Shown piece after piece: positions 60,637 to 64,000 of a stretch of DNA of 64,000 nucleotides. The translations under genes and the position numbers were made by a program. How positions within the stretch are numbered: position 1 is the first letter of the stretch; the number at the start of each line of letters is the position of its first letter. The DNA comes from an uncultured delta proteobacterium. Lineage in GTDB: Bacteria > Myxococcota_A > Polyangia > Polyangiales > Polyangiaceae. The notes under the pieces were generated by a model. It made no database searches, was not told the DNA's origin, and was given only the letters and a program-made list of their open reading frames with translations. The DNA lies in assembly GCA_963841435.1 (NCBI GenBank), contig CAWJCS010000004.1, forward strand, positions 320,001 through 384,000. Direction: 5' to 3'.

Positions 60637-61883
60637 GGGCTGCCTCCGGAGCAGCCGCCGACCTGGGTGGCGATGCCGAGCGCCCCGAGCGCTCCGAGCG
60701 CGAAACAGGCGAGCACGATGCCCGCAGGGCGGAGCGTTCGTCGGTGTGCGGGCGGCGCTCGATGGCGCGGGTCGCTCGCCGCGCCGGGAGCCGGCCCGTG
60801 AGGCGCTGCGCTCGGATCGAGGCTGCCAAGCGGGCGCGTGGGCTCACCGGAGCGCGTGCCCAGAGCGCCCACGCCGACGAGGGTCGAGCTCGGCAAGAGC
60901 TCGTCGAGCGCGATGCCGGATGCTGCGGCCGCCGTCGCGAGGGCCCGACCGAACGCGCGCCCGTCGCGCGGGCGCGCGCCAGGATCCTTCGCGAGCGAAA
61001 GCGCGAGGAGCTCGGCGATGGGCCCGGGCACGTCGCGCGCTCGCTCGAACGAGCGCACGTCGGGGGCCTTCGTCTTCGCCTGCTCGACGAGGATCGCGAC
61101 GGGCTTGTCGCCGTCGAAAGGCGTACGGCCTGCGAGACATTCGAAGAGCATCGTGGCGATCGCGTAGACGTCGCCCGCGGGTCCGACCGGTTCGCCGCGG
61201 GCTCCCTCCGGCGACAGGTAGCGCGCCGTGCCCAGGATCGAGCCCGCCTGCGTCTCGAACGAGCCTTCGCGATCGTTCCAGCGAGATAGCCCGAAATCGA
61301 GCAGCTTCACGAAGTCGCCGTCGCCTCCACGGCGCACGAGCATCACGTTCTCGGGCTTGATGTCGCGGTGCACGATGCGGTGATCGTGTGCCTCGCCGAC
61401 GGCGTCGCAGACCTGGAGCAACACGTGGAGCGCGCGGCCTAGCGCGAGCCCACCCCCGGAAGCCTGGAGCGCCGAGCGCAGGCTCAACCCCTCCAGGTAC
61501 TCGAGGGCCAGGTACGGCTCGCCCCCGGGCGCCGCTCCGAGTGAATGCACCTCGACGACGTTCGGGTGGCGGAGATGCGCCGCTGCTCGCGCCTCGCGGT
61601 GAAAGCGCGCGACGAGCACCGGGTTCCCAGCGAGCTCGCGGTGCAGGATCTTGACGGCGACCTTGCGCTCGACCCCCGCCTGGTGCGCCGCGTACACCAT
61701 GGCCATGGCGCCCACCCCGATGAGCGCTTCGATGCGAAGGTCAACCCCCAGCGTGAGCCCGAGGTGGGGATCCGGCTCCGCTGCGGGGCGCGCCGTCACG
61801 GGCGCGCCGTCCAGTGGGCAGAAGGTGACGGAAGCGCCGTAGGCGGCCCCGCACTTCGCGCAGCGCCGTGTGGGGTCGGGCAT
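60633..61883 (-). CDS. Ser/Thr protein kinase with N-terminal Zn-ribbon-like motif and C-terminal TM
   Basis: CAKC..FCPLDG, GVGAMAMV, VAVK, HRDIKPEN, DFG and GTARYLSPE motifs. Confidence 0.92.
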   Translation of the reverse strand: MPDPTRRCAKCGAAYGASVTFCPLDGAPVTARPAAEPDPHLGLTLGVDLRIEALIGVGAMAMVYAAHQAGVERKVAVKILHRELAGNPVLVARFHREARAAAHLRHPNVVEVHSLGAAPGGEPYLALEYLEGLSLRSALQASGGGLALGRALHVLLQVCDAVGEAHDHRIVHRDIKPENVMLVRRGGDGDFVKLLDFGLSRWNDREGSFETQAGSILGTARYLSPEGARGEPVGPAGDVYAIATMLFECLAGRTPFDGDKPVAILVEQAKTKAPDVRSFERARDVPGPIAELLALSLAKDPGARPRDGRAFGRALATAAAASGIALDELLPSSTLVGVGALGTRSGEPTRPLGSLDPSAAPHGPAPGAASDPRHRAPPAHRRTLRPAGIVLACFALGALGALGIATQVGGCSGGSP

Positions 61884-62031
61884 GGGCGAGCGGCTCTAGA
61901 GTAGCGAAAACTACGCTCTTTCGCGACGGGGCGTTGGGCGGCGACGGATTTCATCTAATTTTTTGGCAAAGGGCCTCGTTTCCACTTTTCGGGTGGCACG
62001 CGGCGCCTGGGAAACTAGGCTCCCGCCGGCC

Positions 62032-62891
62032 ATGAGCGAGCCGCCCCTTCCCGACGCTCGGGACGCCGTAGCGGAGCCGCCGCCCGCGCCCGGGCCGGCG
62101 TCCGACGCTCCGGCGTCCACGATCGCGACGGGCGCGGGTGGCTACCGAGTGACGCTGCCCACCTTCGAGGGGCCGCTCGACCTGTTGCTGCACCTGATCG
62201 AGGAGCACGAGCTCGACATCTTCGACATCCCGATCGCCTTCGTGGCGGCCAAATTCGTCGAATACGTGACGCTCATGCAAGAGCTGAACATCGACGTCGC
62301 GAGCGAATACCTCGTGATGGCTGCCACGCTCGCCCACATCAAGAGCAAGCAGCTCCTGCCGGTCGAGCCGTCCGACCAGGAAGACGAGCAGGAACCGGAC
62401 CTCGATCCGCGCGCCGAGCTCGTCCGCCGGCTGCTCGAGTACCAAAAGTACAAGCAGGCCGCCAACACGCTCGGCGGCGGCCCGGTGCTCGGCCGGGACG
62501 TGTTCCTGCGCGGCGTGCCGAGCACGGAGACCGAGGCGGTGGCGCCCATCGCGGGACTCAGCCTGTTTCGCTTGCTCGACGCGTTCCAGAGCGTTCTTTC
62601 GCGTGCGAAGGTGACGGTCGACCACCAGATCGACTTCGAGCGCTTTTCGATCACCGACCGCATCAATCAGCTTTCCGAGCTCTTGCGCAGCCGGCGCCGC
62701 CTCGCGTTCGTGGATCTTTTCGAGGGGCAGTCGTCGCGTGCCGAGCTCATCGTCACCTTCTTGGCGCTGCTCGAGATGACGCGCTTGAGGCTCACGCGGC
62801 TGTTCCAAGAAGGGCCGCTGGGCCCGATTGAAGTCGAGCTGTCCGTCTCCGACGACGAGCCGGACACACAGGAAAAGGACAGGGACGATCC

Positions 62892-62895
<4 letters not shown>
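62032..62895 (+). CDS. scpA: Segregation and condensation protein A
   Basis: FEGPLDLLLHLI, SEYLVMAATL.HIKS and TFLALLE motifs. Confidence 0.95.
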
Positions 62896-63836
<941 letters not shown>

Positions 63837-63901
63837 CGGCCCGCTCTCTCGTTCGGGGGTGTCGGCACGAAACTGGGCCGGTCGGCGCCCGACCGGAATG
63901 C

Positions 63902-64000
63902 ATGCGAAAGGTGTTGGGCGTGCTCGTCGTCGTTGCCTGCGCGCCGGACTGGAGCCTGCCAGCCCCCCGCTTGCGCCCCGAAGTGCGCGTCGAGCCCACT
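63902..64000 (+). CDS. 5' end of probable lipoprotein (partial)
   Basis: MRKVLGVLVVVAC lipobox-like start; the ORF runs off the window. Confidence 0.5.
   Translation, partial: MRKVLGVLVVVACAPDWSLPAPRLRPEVRVEPT

Noticed and set aside
63878..63896. CCGGTCGG-CGC-CCGACCGG hairpin as an scpB terminator
   Set aside because: It has no U-tract and lies just before the next start; its function cannot be supported.

Overview
Very GC-rich, densely coding chromosomal window. It is most likely from a myxobacterium (Myxococcota, Polyangiaceae/Sorangium-like), inferred from the eukaryote-like Ser/Thr kinases, FHA and DUF4388 proteins, Gly-rich lipoproteins and type IVa pilus genes. Housekeeping genes include mutS, hrpB, udk, polA, ihfA, merR, ssb, lysC, gcvT-H-PA and scpAB. 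These are interspersed with envelope genes (two Ape1-like SGNH esterases, GT2 enzymes, a serine hydrolase, several outer-membrane proteins), pilC-pilS, a fimU-pilV-pilW-pilX-pilY1 operon, a rubrerythrin/Fe-S oxidoreductase/DUF3501 cluster, an orphan SctT/FliR and two Pin1-like parvulins. I found no rRNA, tRNA, CRISPR array or mobile element. Five genes are broken by eight +1 frameshifts, each repairable by removing one A from a GAA, which is most likely a systematic sequencing artefact. pilW also carries an in-frame TGA. The most notable non-gene signals are a sigma54 -24/-12 promoter with an IHF site in front of the minor-pilin operon, and a recurring -10 hexamer 5-10 nt before start codons without a Shine-Dalgarno, suggesting widespread leaderless mRNAs. 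All family calls come from motif recognition by eye; no database searches were run.
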